Of a stretch of DNA of 64,000 nt, positions 29,790 through 41,200 are shown piece after piece; position 1 is the stretch's first letter; every line of letters starts with the position of its first letter. The DNA is taken from positions 3,328,001 through 3,392,000 of the forward strand of contig CAWELD010000003.1 of assembly GCA_963809895.1 (NCBI GenBank), written 5' to 3'. This DNA is from an uncultured Gemmatimonadales bacterium. Lineage in GTDB: Bacteria; Gemmatimonadota; Gemmatimonadetes; Longimicrobiales; Gaopeijiaceae. The position numbers and the translations under genes are program-made. The notes under the pieces are model-generated. The model did not search any database and was not told the DNA's origin. It worked only from the letters and a program-made list of their open reading frames with translations.

Positions 29790-30770
29790 GTGAGCACTGA
29801 AGAACCCCCCGGCCAGATCTGGCCGAGTTGCGAGCCGGTCTTGAAGAGCTGGGTGACCGACACCGCGGAAGTGTTGTCGGCAATCCTCGGCGACGAGGTC
29901 GTGGGTGCCTATCTCCACGGCTCGCTGGCCGCGGGCTCGTACTTTCCGCCCAAGAGCGACGTGGACGTGCTCTTCGTCGTGTCGGCACCCCTACCACCGG
30001 CCCGGAGGAGACGTTTCGCTCGAACATGCGTCGAGTGCTCGCGCGGGCGGCCCACGGTGGGCGGGCTCGAGTGTTCGGTGATCCTCGCCGAGCATGCCCG
30101 GAAGCCTGTTCATCCCATGCCGTTCCAGGTCCATTTCGGGCAGGAGCACACCGATGAGATCCTGTCGGATGCGGTGGATTGGGCCGCGGACCGCACCGAC
30201 CCGGATCTCGCGGCCCACTGTCAGGCCACGCGAGAGATCGGGATCGCGCTGCGTGGCGCGCCGATCTCCGACCTCTTCGGGCGGGTGCCCCTCGCGGACT
30301 TCATGGATGCGGTGGAGGGAGACCTGGAGTGGATCCTCGCCGACACCAACATCGTCACGAGCCCGTTCTACGCGGTGCTCAACTGTTGTCGGGTCCTCTG
30401 GCTCTGGAGCGGGCACTCCCAGCGACTCGTCCCCAGCAAGGAAGAGGCGGGCCTGTGGGCCATGGAACGCCTGCCCGCCGAGCTCGCAGCCGTCGTGAGG
30501 GACGCCCTCGAGGCCTATCGTTCCGATGCGCCCGTCGCCGAGGGCGAGCGGCAGACGGCGGGACGGAAGTGGGACGCGCCGAGCCTGCTGGCCTTCAGGG
30601 ACTACATGCGAGAGCGGAGGGGCGAGGCCGCCTCGGGGGCTTCCCTGTCGCGGCGCTCCATGACTATATGTACGGATGAAGCTGGTGGCGCGCGCGCGGA
30701 GCCGAGCCGACGGGGAGCGTGGCGGAGCCGGTGTGCGAGCGACGTCCGATGGTCGTGGCGGCCGATGTGA
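29790..30770 (+). CDS. Aminoglycoside adenylyltransferase-like (AadA/DUF4111) nucleotidyltransferase
   Basis: AYLHGSLAAG..SDVDVL, DPDLAAH, YAVLNCCR, SKEEAGLWA; natural stop probably near 30630 but obscured. Confidence 0.8.
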   Translation: MSTEEPPGQIWPSCEPVLKSWVTDTAEVLSAILGDEVVGAYLHGSLAAGSYFPPKSDVDVLFVVSAPLPPARRRRFARTCVECSRGRPTVGGLECSVILAEHARKPVHPMPFQVHFGQEHTDEILSDAVDWAADRTDPDLAAHCQATREIGIALRGAPISDLFGRVPLADFMDAVEGDLEWILADTNIVTSPFYAVLNCCRVLWLWSGHSQRLVPSKEEAGLWAMERLPAELAAVVRDALEAYRSDAPVAEGERQTAGRKWDAPSLLAFRDYMRERRGEAASGASLSRRSMTICTDEAGGARAEPSRRGAWRSRCASDVRWSWRPM

Positions 30771-31389
30771 CCCGCCGCGACGAGGTGCGCGGCATCGTCG
30801 AAAGGGCGCTGGGACGCTTCGGCAGGATGCGACGTCTGGACTGGAACAACGTCGAGCCGGGGCGATGCGACCGCGTCCAGCCGTCGGGAGCTCACCGACG
30901 AGGACGTGCTCGGCAGGTCGATGCAGGCCAACGGTGATGCTCCGCGCGATCTACGTTGGATGCAGGAGCGTCGCTCCGGCGATCACTTCCAGCCAGCGCG
31001 GACGCCGGCACGAGCTGTCATCGAGGACAAGTCTGCGTGCGGGCGCCAGCTTCCTGGGCCGCATCCCCTTCGCCACTTTCCGCTCGGCCTACTGCGGCGC
31101 GAAACACTTCCTCAACGCCCTTACCGCCACCTTCCGCGCCGAAGTCCAGGAGACCCATCCCGAGATCCGCATCTCCCTCGTCTCACCCGGGGTGGTACGC
31201 ACCGAGTTCGGACTCAACGCGCTGCACGGCGGTCCCGACTCCCGCGACCTCCCCTGGTCTCAGAGCGCCGAGGAGGTGGCCGCCGTGATCGCCGATGTCA
31301 TCGAGTCGGGCGAGCCCGACGTGTACACGCGAGAGGGTTCGCAGGAGCGGATCGCGTCGTATTATGCGAGCGTCGGAGTGGATCCGTAG
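30676..31389 (+). pseudogene. SDR oxidoreductase with multiply frameshifted 5' half
   Basis: Fragments VAADVTRRDEV..ALGRFG in one frame; intact C-terminus SAYCGAK, SLVSPGVVRTEF. Confidence 0.75.
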
Positions 31390-31414
31390 CGCTCTGAACC
31401 GCAGGGGGAGGGGG

Positions 31415-32650
31415 ATGATGGATGCACGACGCATGGCAGTGAAGGTGGTCGTCGTCTGTTGCGGGATAGTGGCGATGGTGGGGTGCGACGACGGCGGAGC
31501 TCCCGGCGACGGAGAGGCCGGCGAGGCCCTGTGGGGCGACTCGAGCACGCTGGTCGAGGAGATGCGCGTCGGGGGATTGGAGGGTGACGAGGCCCACACC
31601 TTCGGCTACGTCGACGCCCTCGCTCCGGCACCCGACGGTTCGGTGTACGTGGCGGACGGTCAGATCCCCCTGATTCGACACTACGATGTGAACGGGACCT
31701 ACCTGGGCGACATCGGTCGCGCAGGCGAGGGGCCCGGAGAGTACGGGTCCGTGGTCGCGATGGTCGTGGAGCCCGACGGACGCCTCCGGATCTGGGACGC
31801 CCGCAATCAGCGCATCACCACCTACACGCCCGACGGCGCCTACGAGTCGTCCATTCCCGTGCTGAACGCGGTCGGCAGTTGGAGAGGATTCTCCTTCGCT
31901 CCCGACGGCGGCGCGTACGCCTGGACCCGACCCGCCGGCGACCCCTCGGCGCTCGCCGCGGGGGGCTTCGGCGTCGACTGGTCCCGTATCGAGCCCGACG
32001 GAAGCAGCGTCGTCCGCGGGCAGGTCCCTCTGGACGACCCTGCCGGGCCTCTGTACGTGCTCTCGGGCCGAGGAGGCTACTATCGGCCGTTCACGACGAT
32101 GACACTCAGCTCCATGAGCCCCGATGGCTCGTTCTACTGGGTCCGGAACGACGAATACCGGATCCATCACGTGCTGCCGTCGGGTGACACCCTCGACATC
32201 GTGCGGGGCGAGCCCCGCGTACGACTCACGTCGGAGGAGCAGGCCGAGTGGACGGCGCGCTCCGAAAGCATGGCGGAGCGGACCCCCGAGCGCCGTGACG
32301 TCTTCTTTCCCATCCCCGAGGTGAAGCCGTACGTCCGCGAAATCACGACGGACCTGGACGCGCGTCTCTGGGTGTCGCGCTACACGGAGGCCGTGTTCAT
32401 GGGGTATTCGCCGGAGGAGAAGGACGAGCGGGCGGCGCAGGATCTGCCCAGCTACCAGTGGCGGGATGAGCCCCGCTGGGACGTCTACGATCCGGAAGGG
32501 CGCCTGCTGGGCATCGTCACCCTGCCATTCAAGACCACCTTCATGACCGCCCGGGACGACGTGGTCTGGGGAGTCCAGGAAGGCGACTACCGCGAAGACT
32601 ACGTGGTACGCTGGCGAATCGAGGGCATGCGGGGCAGGGGCGCACGGTGA
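31415..32650 (+). CDS. 6-bladed beta-propeller lipoprotein
   Basis: MVGC lipobox-like; GRAGEGPGEY motif. Confidence 0.8.
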   Translation: MMDARRMAVKVVVVCCGIVAMVGCDDGGAPGDGEAGEALWGDSSTLVEEMRVGGLEGDEAHTFGYVDALAPAPDGSVYVADGQIPLIRHYDVNGTYLGDIGRAGEGPGEYGSVVAMVVEPDGRLRIWDARNQRITTYTPDGAYESSIPVLNAVGSWRGFSFAPDGGAYAWTRPAGDPSALAAGGFGVDWSRIEPDGSSVVRGQVPLDDPAGPLYVLSGRGGYYRPFTTMTLSSMSPDGSFYWVRNDEYRIHHVLPSGDTLDIVRGEPRVRLTSEEQAEWTARSESMAERTPERRDVFFPIPEVKPYVREITTDLDARLWVSRYTEAVFMGYSPEEKDERAAQDLPSYQWRDEPRWDVYDPEGRLLGIVTLPFKTTFMTARDDVVWGVQEGDYREDYVVRWRIEGMRGRGAR

Positions 32651-33189
32651 CCGGCTCCGGTCGCTGGGTCCCGGCCTTCTCTGCGGTGGCTTGGCTCCTC
32701 CTCCTGGCCACCGCCTCTGCGGCGTCAGCCCAGGAACGGAGCCTGTATTCCATCGAGGGGAGCCTCGTGCGCATCGGGGCCGGATATGCCCGCCAGGTGA
32801 GCGAGAACGTCTACCTGGGTGGGGAGCTCGTCTTCGGCGCACCCGTCCTCAGCGTGACGCTCCATCCCTCGGAGAGCTCGCCGGGGGATCCCGAGTTCGG
32901 CGAGTTCATTCACCTGGCGTTCTTCGCGCGTCTGGTGCGGTCGGAACGGGCCGAGGTCGACCTGGGCGTGCGCGGCTCCGTCGCCGATCTATGGCCCTGC
33001 CCGGCCAGCGACTGTCTGCCCCAGCCGTTCTTCGGCGTCTACGTGCAGCCCATGGTCGGCGGGCGCCGCTTCAAGGTGGGGATGCGCCTGGTGGCTGGCC
33101 GGATCGGAGAGACTCGCGCGGACAACGCCGGTCGTACGGGCGTGCTCGCCCTGGTACCCTTCGTGGCGAGGCTGACCTTTCCGCGGTAG
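32647..33189 (+). CDS. Exported hypothetical protein, possible outer-membrane beta-barrel
   Basis: Signal peptide ASA-Q; amphipathic beta strands; ends RLTFPR. Confidence 0.6.
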   Translation: MTGSGRWVPAFSAVAWLLLLATASAASAQERSLYSIEGSLVRIGAGYARQVSENVYLGGELVFGAPVLSVTLHPSESSPGDPEFGEFIHLAFFARLVRSERAEVDLGVRGSVADLWPCPASDCLPQPFFGVYVQPMVGGRRFKVGMRLVAGRIGETRADNAGRTGVLALVPFVARLTFPR

Positions 33190-33206
33190 CAGCCGCCCGA
33201 CGGCTA

Positions 33207-33995
33207 TTACGGCAGCCGCACGCTCAGGCAGCTCAACCCGCCGTCCATCTTCCGGAACTCGGACATGTCCAGTGCCAGCACCTGGAAGCCGAGCCGGTCG
33301 AGCGTATCGGTGATGCGGGGGAAGCCGGCCGGGACCAGCACGGTGCCGTTCACGCGCACGCAGTTGGCGGCGTATGCCTCACCCGCGTCCACGACGATGC
33401 GCTCGAATCCGGTGAGCGCCGGGTGGTCGGCGAGAGACGGCACCACCACGACCCGGCCGTCGCCGAGCCAGGCCATGCCGCTCTTGAGATGGAGCAGGGT
33501 GGGATCCGTGCCGATGGGGACGAGCGCCGAGGTGTAGTCGTGGCGGGCGAGCCAGGCCGTGAGCTGTCGGGCTCCCTGAGCATTCGTACGGCGCGAGATC
33601 CCGATGACGAAGCGCGTTCCCACGTGGCAGACGTCGCCGCCGTCCAGGGTACCGGGAGGCTGGATCTCGGCGAGGTCGTCGAACCACTCGCCGAGCGCCA
33701 CGCGCATCGCCTCGACCTCGCCCGCGCGGCTGGGCGCGCCGGGTCGGGTGAGGATCGCTCCGCTCCCGGCCACCACCGCGGTGTCTTCCACGAAGGTCGA
33801 GTCGGGATGCCGTGTATCGGCCGGCAGAGCCGTCACCTGCACTCCCGCCCTCTCGAGGGCCGCCCGGTAGGCAGCGTGCTGGGTGCGTGCAAGCGTCAGG
33901 TCCGGGGGCCCCAGCTCGGAGGTGGTGAGACCGTCGGCGTAGCTGTCGGCCGGTGGACAGACGACGGCGCGAGTGAACGTGGTTCCGTCGGGCAT
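33207..33995 (-). CDS. Dimethylarginine dimethylaminohydrolase family
   Basis: PDSTFVEDT, LDGGDV, LHLKSG, DGGLSCLS catalytic Cys. Confidence 0.92.
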   Translation of the reverse strand: MPDGTTFTRAVVCPPADSYADGLTTSELGPPDLTLARTQHAAYRAALERAGVQVTALPADTRHPDSTFVEDTAVVAGSGAILTRPGAPSRAGEVEAMRVALGEWFDDLAEIQPPGTLDGGDVCHVGTRFVIGISRRTNAQGARQLTAWLARHDYTSALVPIGTDPTLLHLKSGMAWLGDGRVVVVPSLADHPALTGFERIVVDAGEAYAANCVRVNGTVLVPAGFPRITDTLDRLGFQVLALDMSEFRKMDGGLSCLSVRLP

Positions 33996-34107
33996 GGTGA
34001 CGGGACACTCGCGGGTGCGGCGCCCGCAATCAAGTAGAAATGGCGAGGCCGACCTTTCCGCGTTAGGGTCACTCCCGTCAGCGACTCCCTCGAGACCCGG
34101 AGACCAG

Positions 34108-34470
34108 GTGGCCAGGAACGTGCTCGGCGGCGAGCTCCAGGACTGTTCTCTGGATCCCCTCACCGGCTTCTTTCGTGACGGTTGCTGCCGCACGGGCGCC
34201 GACGACCTGGGCGTGCACGTGGTGTGCGCGCGCATGACGGCAGAGTTCCTGGAGTTCTCCCGCGCCCGGGGCAACGACCTGGTCACGCCACGCCCGGCGG
34301 TGGGTTTCGCGGGGCTGGAGCCCGGCGATCAATGGTGCCTGTGCGCCGCGCGTTGGAAGGAGGCGTTGGATGCCGGTGTGGCGCCACCGGTGGTGCTGGA
34401 GGCCACCCACATGTCGGCGTTGGAGTTCGCGAATCTCGCCGACCTCCAGGCCCACGAGTGGAAGGACTGA
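34108..34470 (+). CDS. DUF2237 family protein
   Basis: [30 protein letters not shown]. Confidence 0.92.
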   Translation: MARNVLGGELQDCSLDPLTGFFRDGCCRTGADDLGVHVVCARMTAEFLEFSRARGNDLVTPRPAVGFAGLEPGDQWCLCAARWKEALDAGVAPPVVLEATHMSALEFANLADLQAHEWKD

Positions 34471-34475
34471 GCCGC

Positions 34476-34949
34476 ATGGCCGACACGACGTCGCTGGACA
34501 TCACCATCTGGGTCGATGCCGACGCCGCACCCCGTGACGTGAAGGAGATCGTCTTCCGGGCGGCCAAGCGCCTGGAGATCCGTACGGTGCTGGTGGCCAA
34601 CCAGCGCATGCCGGTGCCGCTGAACAATCCGCACGTGAGCGCGGTCTGGGTGCAGGGCGGGCCCGACGTGGCGGACCAACACATCGCCGAGCACGCGGAG
34701 GAAGGGGACCTGGCCGTGACGGCGGACATTCCCCTGGCGGCAGTCCTGGTGGAGAAGGGACTCCGGGTGCTGGATCCCCGGGGCGAGGAGTACAGCGAGG
34801 ACAACGTCCGCGAGCGCCTCTCCATCCGGGACTTCATGCAATCGCTCCGGGACACCGGCGTCGAGACCGGAGGTCCGGCGCCGTACAGCGACCGGGACAA
34901 GCACGCCTTCGCGGCCGCGCTGGACCGCATCCTGACGGCGCTGCGCTGA
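34476..34949 (+). CDS. YaiI/YqxD (DUF188) family protein
   Basis: [23 protein letters not shown]. Confidence 0.92.
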   Translation: MADTTSLDITIWVDADAAPRDVKEIVFRAAKRLEIRTVLVANQRMPVPLNNPHVSAVWVQGGPDVADQHIAEHAEEGDLAVTADIPLAAVLVEKGLRVLDPRGEEYSEDNVRERLSIRDFMQSLRDTGVETGGPAPYSDRDKHAFAAALDRILTALR

Positions 34950-35041
34950 CGAGAAACGACTCCGGCGCGCCGCCCTGGCCCCGCGCCTACCTTGCGAGGT
35001 ATCTTCTCGTTACCCTCCCGTCCACCATTCCGGATGGACTC

Positions 35042-35608
35042 ATGACGATGTCGACGCTGGATACGGGAAAGGTCGCGGACCACGTCCGCAAGGTCGATGC
35101 CCGGCGCGCGGCGCACCCCGTGAAGTTCTGGCTGGGGACCAGAGGCTTTTCGATCGCCTTCGCCTTCGTCTTCTTCGTGGGTGTGCTCCCACTCATCAGC
35201 GGTCTGCCCGAGGGCTCCTACGACCCCCGCGGATGGCTGCTCTGGATGCGTGTCGGAGTCGCGTGTCTGACTCTGGCCCTCACCTGGGTCACGACGATGT
35301 GGTTGACGCCGGGCGCACAGGCCAGCGTCGAAGCCAAGACCGCCTACGCCGAACAGGAGTTCGCCAAGCTCACCGCACCCGGGTGGAAGCGCCGGTTCTT
35401 CCGCATCGGCATCCTGATCGGCTTGGCCGTTGGCGGCGTCGTGGGCCCGCTGGTGGCATGGGTAGCGCCGGATCCGGGAAGCGGCTGGGGCGTGCGCGTC
35501 CTGGTCTTCTTCGGCTTCATGCTCGCCACCATGGCGTGGACCATCCCAATGGCCTTCCTGATCCGCTGGATCTCGTTCAGGAGCTATCGACGGTACCTGG
35601 CAGGCTGA
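35042..35608 (+). CDS. Hypothetical 4-TM membrane protein
   Basis: Four hydrophobic segments; no family recognised. Confidence 0.65.
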   Translation: MTMSTLDTGKVADHVRKVDARRAAHPVKFWLGTRGFSIAFAFVFFVGVLPLISGLPEGSYDPRGWLLWMRVGVACLTLALTWVTTMWLTPGAQASVEAKTAYAEQEFAKLTAPGWKRRFFRIGILIGLAVGGVVGPLVAWVAPDPGSGWGVRVLVFFGFMLATMAWTIPMAFLIRWISFRSYRRYLAG

Positions 35609-37436
35609 GCCCCAGATGCTCGACGAAGAACCGCTCCATGGCGCGGTAGAAGTCGAACTGGTTCTCCTCGTTCTGGAACCCGTGTCCCTCGTTGTCCTTG
35701 ACCAGGTACTGGACGTCCACGCCTCGCTCGCGTAGCGCTGCGACGATCTGATCCGATTCGGCCTTGCGGACCCGAGGGTCGTTGGCGCCCTGGGCGACCA
35801 ACAGTGGACACCGAATGCGGTCCACGTGGAAGAGCGGCGAGGTCGCCTTCAGGCGCTGGGCGTCGCGCTCGGGGTCACCGACCATCTCGTGCATCATGGC
35901 GCGCAGGGGCTCCCAGTACGGCGGAAACCCCTCGAGCCACGTGAAGATGTTCGACACGCCACAGTAGCTGACGGCGCAGGCGAACAGCTCCGGCTCCTTC
36001 GTGATGCCCGCAAGCGTCGCGTACCCGCCGTAGCTGCCGCCGTAGATCCCGACCCGAGCGGGATCGGCCAGCTCCTGCTGCACCGCCCAGCGCACGGCAT
36101 CGGTCAGGTCGTCCTGCATGGCCAGGCCCCATTGGCCGAACCCGGCCTCCCAGAATCCCCTGCCGTAACCGGTGGACCCTCGGAAATTCACCTGCAGCAC
36201 CGCCGCGCCCCGGTTGGCGAGGAACTGGACCTCGGGGTTGAAGCCCCAGGAGTCACGATGCCACGGTCCGCCATGGGGGTGAAGGACGAGTGGAAGGTCC
36301 TTCGGCTCCACACCCACGGGCACGGTCAGGTACCCGTGGATCGTGAGGCCGTCACGACTCGTGAGAGAGATGGGCCGCATCTCCGCCAGCTCGTCTTCGG
36401 GCAGCCAGGGACTCGCGTCGAAGAGCGGCTTCAGCTCACGCTGCGCCCCGTGATCCTCCCAGGTGAGCAGGTGGTAGCGGCCGCGCGTGCGGTCACCGCC
36501 CGAATGCACGACCCAGCGCGTCTCGTCGCGCGAATGCGAGCCCAGGCGGTTCAGACGGCCCGGGAGCTCCGCATCGAGGTACTCCTGCTGGGCCCGCCGC
36601 TCGTCGTCGAGGAAGTGCCACCTCGGCCTGTCCGTCTCGTAGGTGACCGACGTGAGAACGCGCCGCCGCCGAGACGCGGTGAGCCCGGTCACGTCCACCT
36701 GGGGGTGTTCGAAGATCAGGGCCCCATGCTCGGCGGTCGTCGGATCGTATTCGAAGATCGCCGTCGTGTCGCGGCCCACGTTCGAGGACACGAGCAGGCG
36801 GCGGTCGTCGAAGGTGAATCGGAACGGAGCCAGGGTCTCGCGGAAGTCGTGTGTGGCGAGCGTCTGCCAGGGAAGCTCCTCCGTCTCGCGGTACATGAGG
36901 CTCGTCGAGACGCCGTCGGTGGCGTAGGCCGCCCGGATACGGCCCGACCAATCCGTGACCCAGCGCCTGATGTTGCCCGGATTCTCGGCGACGAGCTCGA
37001 TCTCGCCGGTGACGACGTTGGCGCGATAGGCATCGAAGACGTGCGGGTCACGACGGTTCATCTCGAACAGTACTCGATCGGGCTCGTCTTCGAGGTCGTC
37101 CACGAGCCCGCACTTCACGTCGTCGAAGGGAGTGATGTCGATCGCCTCCGAGCCGTCGGCTCTCACCGCGTGCAGCCGGTAGTTCTCGTCGCCGCCGGAG
37201 TCCTGGGCGTACACGAGCCGGTCGTCGCTGGCCCACAGCCACCCGAGAACGTCGCGGGTCGTGGCGTGCGTCACGCGCTGCTCCTCGCCCGTTCGCAGGT
37301 CCTGGACGTGAACGTTGAGGCGCCTCTTCCAGGGAGCGAGCCAGCCGAGACGGGTGCCGTCGGGAGAGATCCGGACCGCCGTCCGCTCGGGTTTGCGGAA
37401 GAAGTCTTCGACCGGGATGCGATACACCGATGTCAT
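35577..37436 (-). CDS. S9 family (prolyl oligopeptidase/acylaminoacyl) peptidase
   Basis: [32 protein letters not shown]. Confidence 0.94.
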   Translation of the reverse strand: MTSVYRIPVEDFFRKPERTAVRISPDGTRLGWLAPWKRRLNVHVQDLRTGEEQRVTHATTRDVLGWLWASDDRLVYAQDSGGDENYRLHAVRADGSEAIDITPFDDVKCGLVDDLEDEPDRVLFEMNRRDPHVFDAYRANVVTGEIELVAENPGNIRRWVTDWSGRIRAAYATDGVSTSLMYRETEELPWQTLATHDFRETLAPFRFTFDDRRLLVSSNVGRDTTAIFEYDPTTAEHGALIFEHPQVDVTGLTASRRRRVLTSVTYETDRPRWHFLDDERRAQQEYLDAELPGRLNRLGSHSRDETRWVVHSGGDRTRGRYHLLTWEDHGAQRELKPLFDASPWLPEDELAEMRPISLTSRDGLTIHGYLTVPVGVEPKDLPLVLHPHGGPWHRDSWGFNPEVQFLANRGAAVLQVNFRGSTGYGRGFWEAGFGQWGLAMQDDLTDAVRWAVQQELADPARVGIYGGSYGGYATLAGITKEPELFACAVSYCGVSNIFTWLEGFPPYWEPLRAMMHEMVGDPERDAQRLKATSPLFHVDRIRCPLLVAQGANDPRVRKAESDQIVAALRERGVDVQYLVKDNEGHGFQNEENQFDFYRAMERFFVEHLGLSLPGTVDSS

Positions 37437-38101
37437 GATGTCCCCTCCTCTGCCACGCCCTCGGCCGGCAACCCCAGGTAGTTGAGCAGCATGCGGGTCA
37501 GCTCGCCGGCGAACCACTCCGGGTCCGACCGGTAGCGCCGCGGCGGATCCGGCCTCAGCAGCACGTCCCTGATGGCGCTGGCCACCGCGGTGACGATGAA
37601 GGTCACGCCCCGCTCGGGATCCGGATGCGCCATGGACGCGCGCCGTTCGAGCAGGATCCGCGACAGATCCCGGAACGCCTCGCGTCGTATGCGGGTCAGG
37701 CGGTTGCGGAAGCCCGGATCCGCCTGGTGTTCGGAGAACTCCCTCACTGCCGCATACAGTCTGCGGTTCTCCGCATAGTCCCGCACGGTTCCCTGAAGGC
37801 CCTTCTCCAACAGCGGCCCGATCGGCTCGGCGCGCCAACGCGTTCGATCGAGAGACCGGGCATTCGTGGCGATGGCGCGCTCCTCGACCCGCAGGAAGAC
37901 GGCTCGGAGCATGGCATCCTTGTCGGCGAACCGCTTGTAGACGTTGCCCACGGCCATTCCCGCGCGGGCCGCGATGGCGGGAACCGTCGCTGCCGGCAGC
38001 CCTCCCTCCCGGAGCAGCACCTCCGCCGCGTCCAGCAGCCGCTCCCGGGTCCTCTCCGCCCGGCTGACGCCGGAGCCCCTCTCCACCACTTCCACCGGCA
38101 T
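37433..38101 (-). CDS. TetR/AcrR family regulator
   Basis: RERLLDAAE..TVPAIAARAGMAVGNVYKRFADK; GGAGG RBS; ATGA-coupled to the peptidase. Confidence 0.9.
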   Translation of the reverse strand: MPVEVVERGSGVSRAERTRERLLDAAEVLLREGGLPAATVPAIAARAGMAVGNVYKRFADKDAMLRAVFLRVEERAIATNARSLDRTRWRAEPIGPLLEKGLQGTVRDYAENRRLYAAVREFSEHQADPGFRNRLTRIRREAFRDLSRILLERRASMAHPDPERGVTFIVTAVASAIRDVLLRPDPPRRYRSDPEWFAGELTRMLLNYLGLPAEGVAEEGTS

Positions 38102-38132
38102 GGTCAGTCCCTCCAGCATTGGCATGCGTCGG

Positions 38133-38171
38133 GTGAATTCATATTCACCGTCTCGGTGAATCATAATTCAC
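38133..38171. promoter_or_regulatory. Tandem palindromic operators GTGAAT-N4-ATTCAC x2
   Basis: 38133-38148 and 38156-38171, between divergent tetR and VPS10-like genes. Confidence 0.75.
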
Positions 38172-38279
38172 TCTTCGGCGGCGCACCAGCCTACGACACC
38201 CTTCCCGCTTGCCAGCCCCGGCGGGCGGCGGGTAGGATTTTCCTGCCTTCCCCAGACGCGTCCCGAGAGGAATCCCCCG

Positions 38280-41200
38280 ATGGCTCTCCGCTTTCCGTTC
38301 CGCGCCCTCGCCGCAGCCTTCGTGGCTGCCGCCCCATTCGCGCCCGGCCTCCGTCCGCTGGCGGCCCAGACCCCTCCGGCCATCAGCGAGGCGGATCTGG
38401 CAGTCCTGCATCCCCGCTCCATCGGACCAGCGGTGACCGGGGGGCGCATCACGGACCTGGCGGTGCCCCCGGGCCATCCTTCCACGATCTACGTGGCCAC
38501 GGCCTCGGGCGGCATCTGGAAATCCACGAACCGCGGGCACACCTGGACGCCAATCTTCGACGATCAGGCGGTGAGCACCTTCGGCGACGTGGCCATCGCA
38601 CCGTCCAATCCCGACGTCCTGTACGCGGGCACGGGCGAGCAGAACAACCGGCAGAGCACGTCGTGGGGGAACGGCGTGTACCGCTCCGACGACGGCGGCG
38701 ACACCTGGCGCCACCTGGGACTCGTGGGCACGCGGCACGTGGGCAAGATCGAGATCCATCCCACCAATCCCGACATCGTGTGGGTGGCGGGCATGGGGAA
38801 CCTGTGGGGCGAGGGAGAAGAGCGAGGCGTCTTCCGCAGCACCGACGGCGGCCGCACCTGGGACAAGGTCCTCTACGTGGACGCCACCACGGGAGCGGTG
38901 GACCTGGCCATGGATCCCACGAACCCCGACGTGCTCTACGCCGCCATGTATCAGCGCATGCGCAAGGCGTGGGGATTCAATGGCGGCGGCCCCGGGAGCG
39001 GCATCTACAAGACCACCGACGGAGGCGACACCTGGACGCGCCTCAGCCAGGGACTTCCGGACGTCGACATGGGCCGCATCGGGCTCGCCATCTCAGAGTC
39101 GAACCCGAACATCGTCATGGCCCTGGTCGAGGCCCCCAACGAGCCCAGTGGGGATCAGGGCCAGGGCGGAGGGTTTGGAGGTCGCGGGCGCGGCGGACCC
39201 CCCAACGCCACGGGCACCTACCGCTCGGAAGACGCCGGCGCCACCTGGACCAAGGTGAGCGATCAGAACGGGCGGCCGATGTACTACTCCGAGCTCTTCA
39301 TCCACCCGCTGGATCCGAACCTGGTCTTCACGGCCGAGACCAACAGCAAGCGCAGCCACGACGGCGGCCGCACCTGGGAGGACATCGCGGCCCAGCCCAC
39401 CTACGACGTGGGCGTGCACCTGGACATGCACGCCATGTGGCTGGATCCCGACGACACCGAGCACTGGCTGCTGGCCGGCGACGGCGGGCTCCACGAGACG
39501 TACGACGGTGGGGCCAACTACCGGAAGATCAACAACTTTCCCATCGGGCAGTTCTACGCCATCGACGTGGACATGCGCGATCCCTACTGGGTCTACGGCG
39601 GACTCCAGGACAACCACTCCTGGATGGGACCCTCCGAGACCCGGCGCTGGGGCGGGATCGTCAACGACGACTGGCAGGAGATCGGGTTCAGCGACGGGAT
39701 GTATCAGCAGGTGGACAAGGCGGGCCCGCGCTACGTGTACAGCTCCGCCACCCAGGGCAGCTACACGCGGGTCGACGTCATTTCGGGGATCAAGCGCCCC
39801 ATCGGTCCCACGGCACCCGACGGGGAGCGGTACAGCTTCGATTGGACCTCGCCCGGCATGGCCTCGGACCACCAGGAGGGGCTGTTCTACATGGGCGGCA
39901 ACCGACTCTTCATCTCCCGGGACTTCGGTGACTCCTTCGAAGCCACCGAAGACGTGAGCCGGGGGATCGACCTGAGCCAGCGCTCGCTGCTCGGGGTCCC
40001 CTACGACGATTTCTACATCTCGGCCAACGACGGCGTCGGCGGCTTCGGCGTCATCACCACCCTGGACGAATCCCCCCTGGACATGACGGTGCTGTGGATC
40101 GGCACCGACGACGGCAACCTGAAGGTGTCCAGGGATCAGGGCGCGAGCTGGACCGAGGTGAGCGGGAACGTGCCGGGGCTTCCCGACGAGACCTATGTGA
40201 GTCGGGTGGTGGCCTCGGGCGCGGAGCTGGGCACGGCCTACGCCACCTTCGACGGCCACAGGAACGGCGACTTCGCGCCCTACGTCTACCGTACCACGGA
40301 CTTCGGCGCGACCTGGACGCCGCTGAACGCCGGGCTCCCCGAAGGCTCGGTCAACGTGCTGGTGGAGCATCCCGACAACGCCGACGTGCTCTTCCTGGGA
40401 ACCGAGCATTCGGCCTGGGTCAGCACCGATGGCGGCACCCACTGGGCGAGGCTCCAGAACGTGCCCACCACGGCGTACGACGACATGGTGATCCATCCCC
40501 GGGAGAAGGACCTGGTCATGGGCACCCACGGCCGGAGCATCTGGATCCTGGACGACACGCGGCCCCTGGCCGAGTGGACCGCCGCCGCGGTGACCGAGCC
40601 GGCGCACCTGTTCTCCATCGATCAGGGCACCCTCTTCCGCTACCGCAAGGACACCTCGTACCGGGCCCAGGGCGAGTTCGCGGGCGAGAACCCACCCGAC
40701 GGCGTCGAGGTGAGCTACGTGCTGGGCGCCGGCTCGGGCCCGGCGGAGCTGGTGATCACCAGTCCCCGGGACGAAGTGGTGCGCCGCATGCTGGTGCCCT
40801 CGGAGCCCGGGCTCCACCGGGTGAACTGGAACCTCCGGCACGGGGATCCCGACAGCCCGGACACCTGGGAGCGCTTCGACGACCCCGACTACGCGCGTCC
40901 GCCGCGCCAGGGCCCCGGGCCCTTCGTGTCGCCGGGCCGCTACCAGGTCACGCTGCGGGCCAGGGGGATCGAGCGCACGCAGGCGGTGACGGTGAGGGGG
41001 GATCCCATGCTGGACCTCACCGACGCGGACTACCGGGCCACGGAAGCCTTCGGCCTCCGGGTGGAGGCGCTGAACCGACTCCTCCAGCAGGCGATGCAGG
41101 GGCAGGGCCGCAACGCACCGCCCGAGCTCCAGGCGCTGGCCCGGGACATCCGCATGCTGGGCGGCGCGTACGGAGACAGTGGGAGCTTCAACGACGGCAA

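Noticed and set aside
18668..30770. Integron cassette array carrying resistance genes
   Set aside because: No integrase and no attC-like repeats; genes are tightly coupled or in mixed orientation
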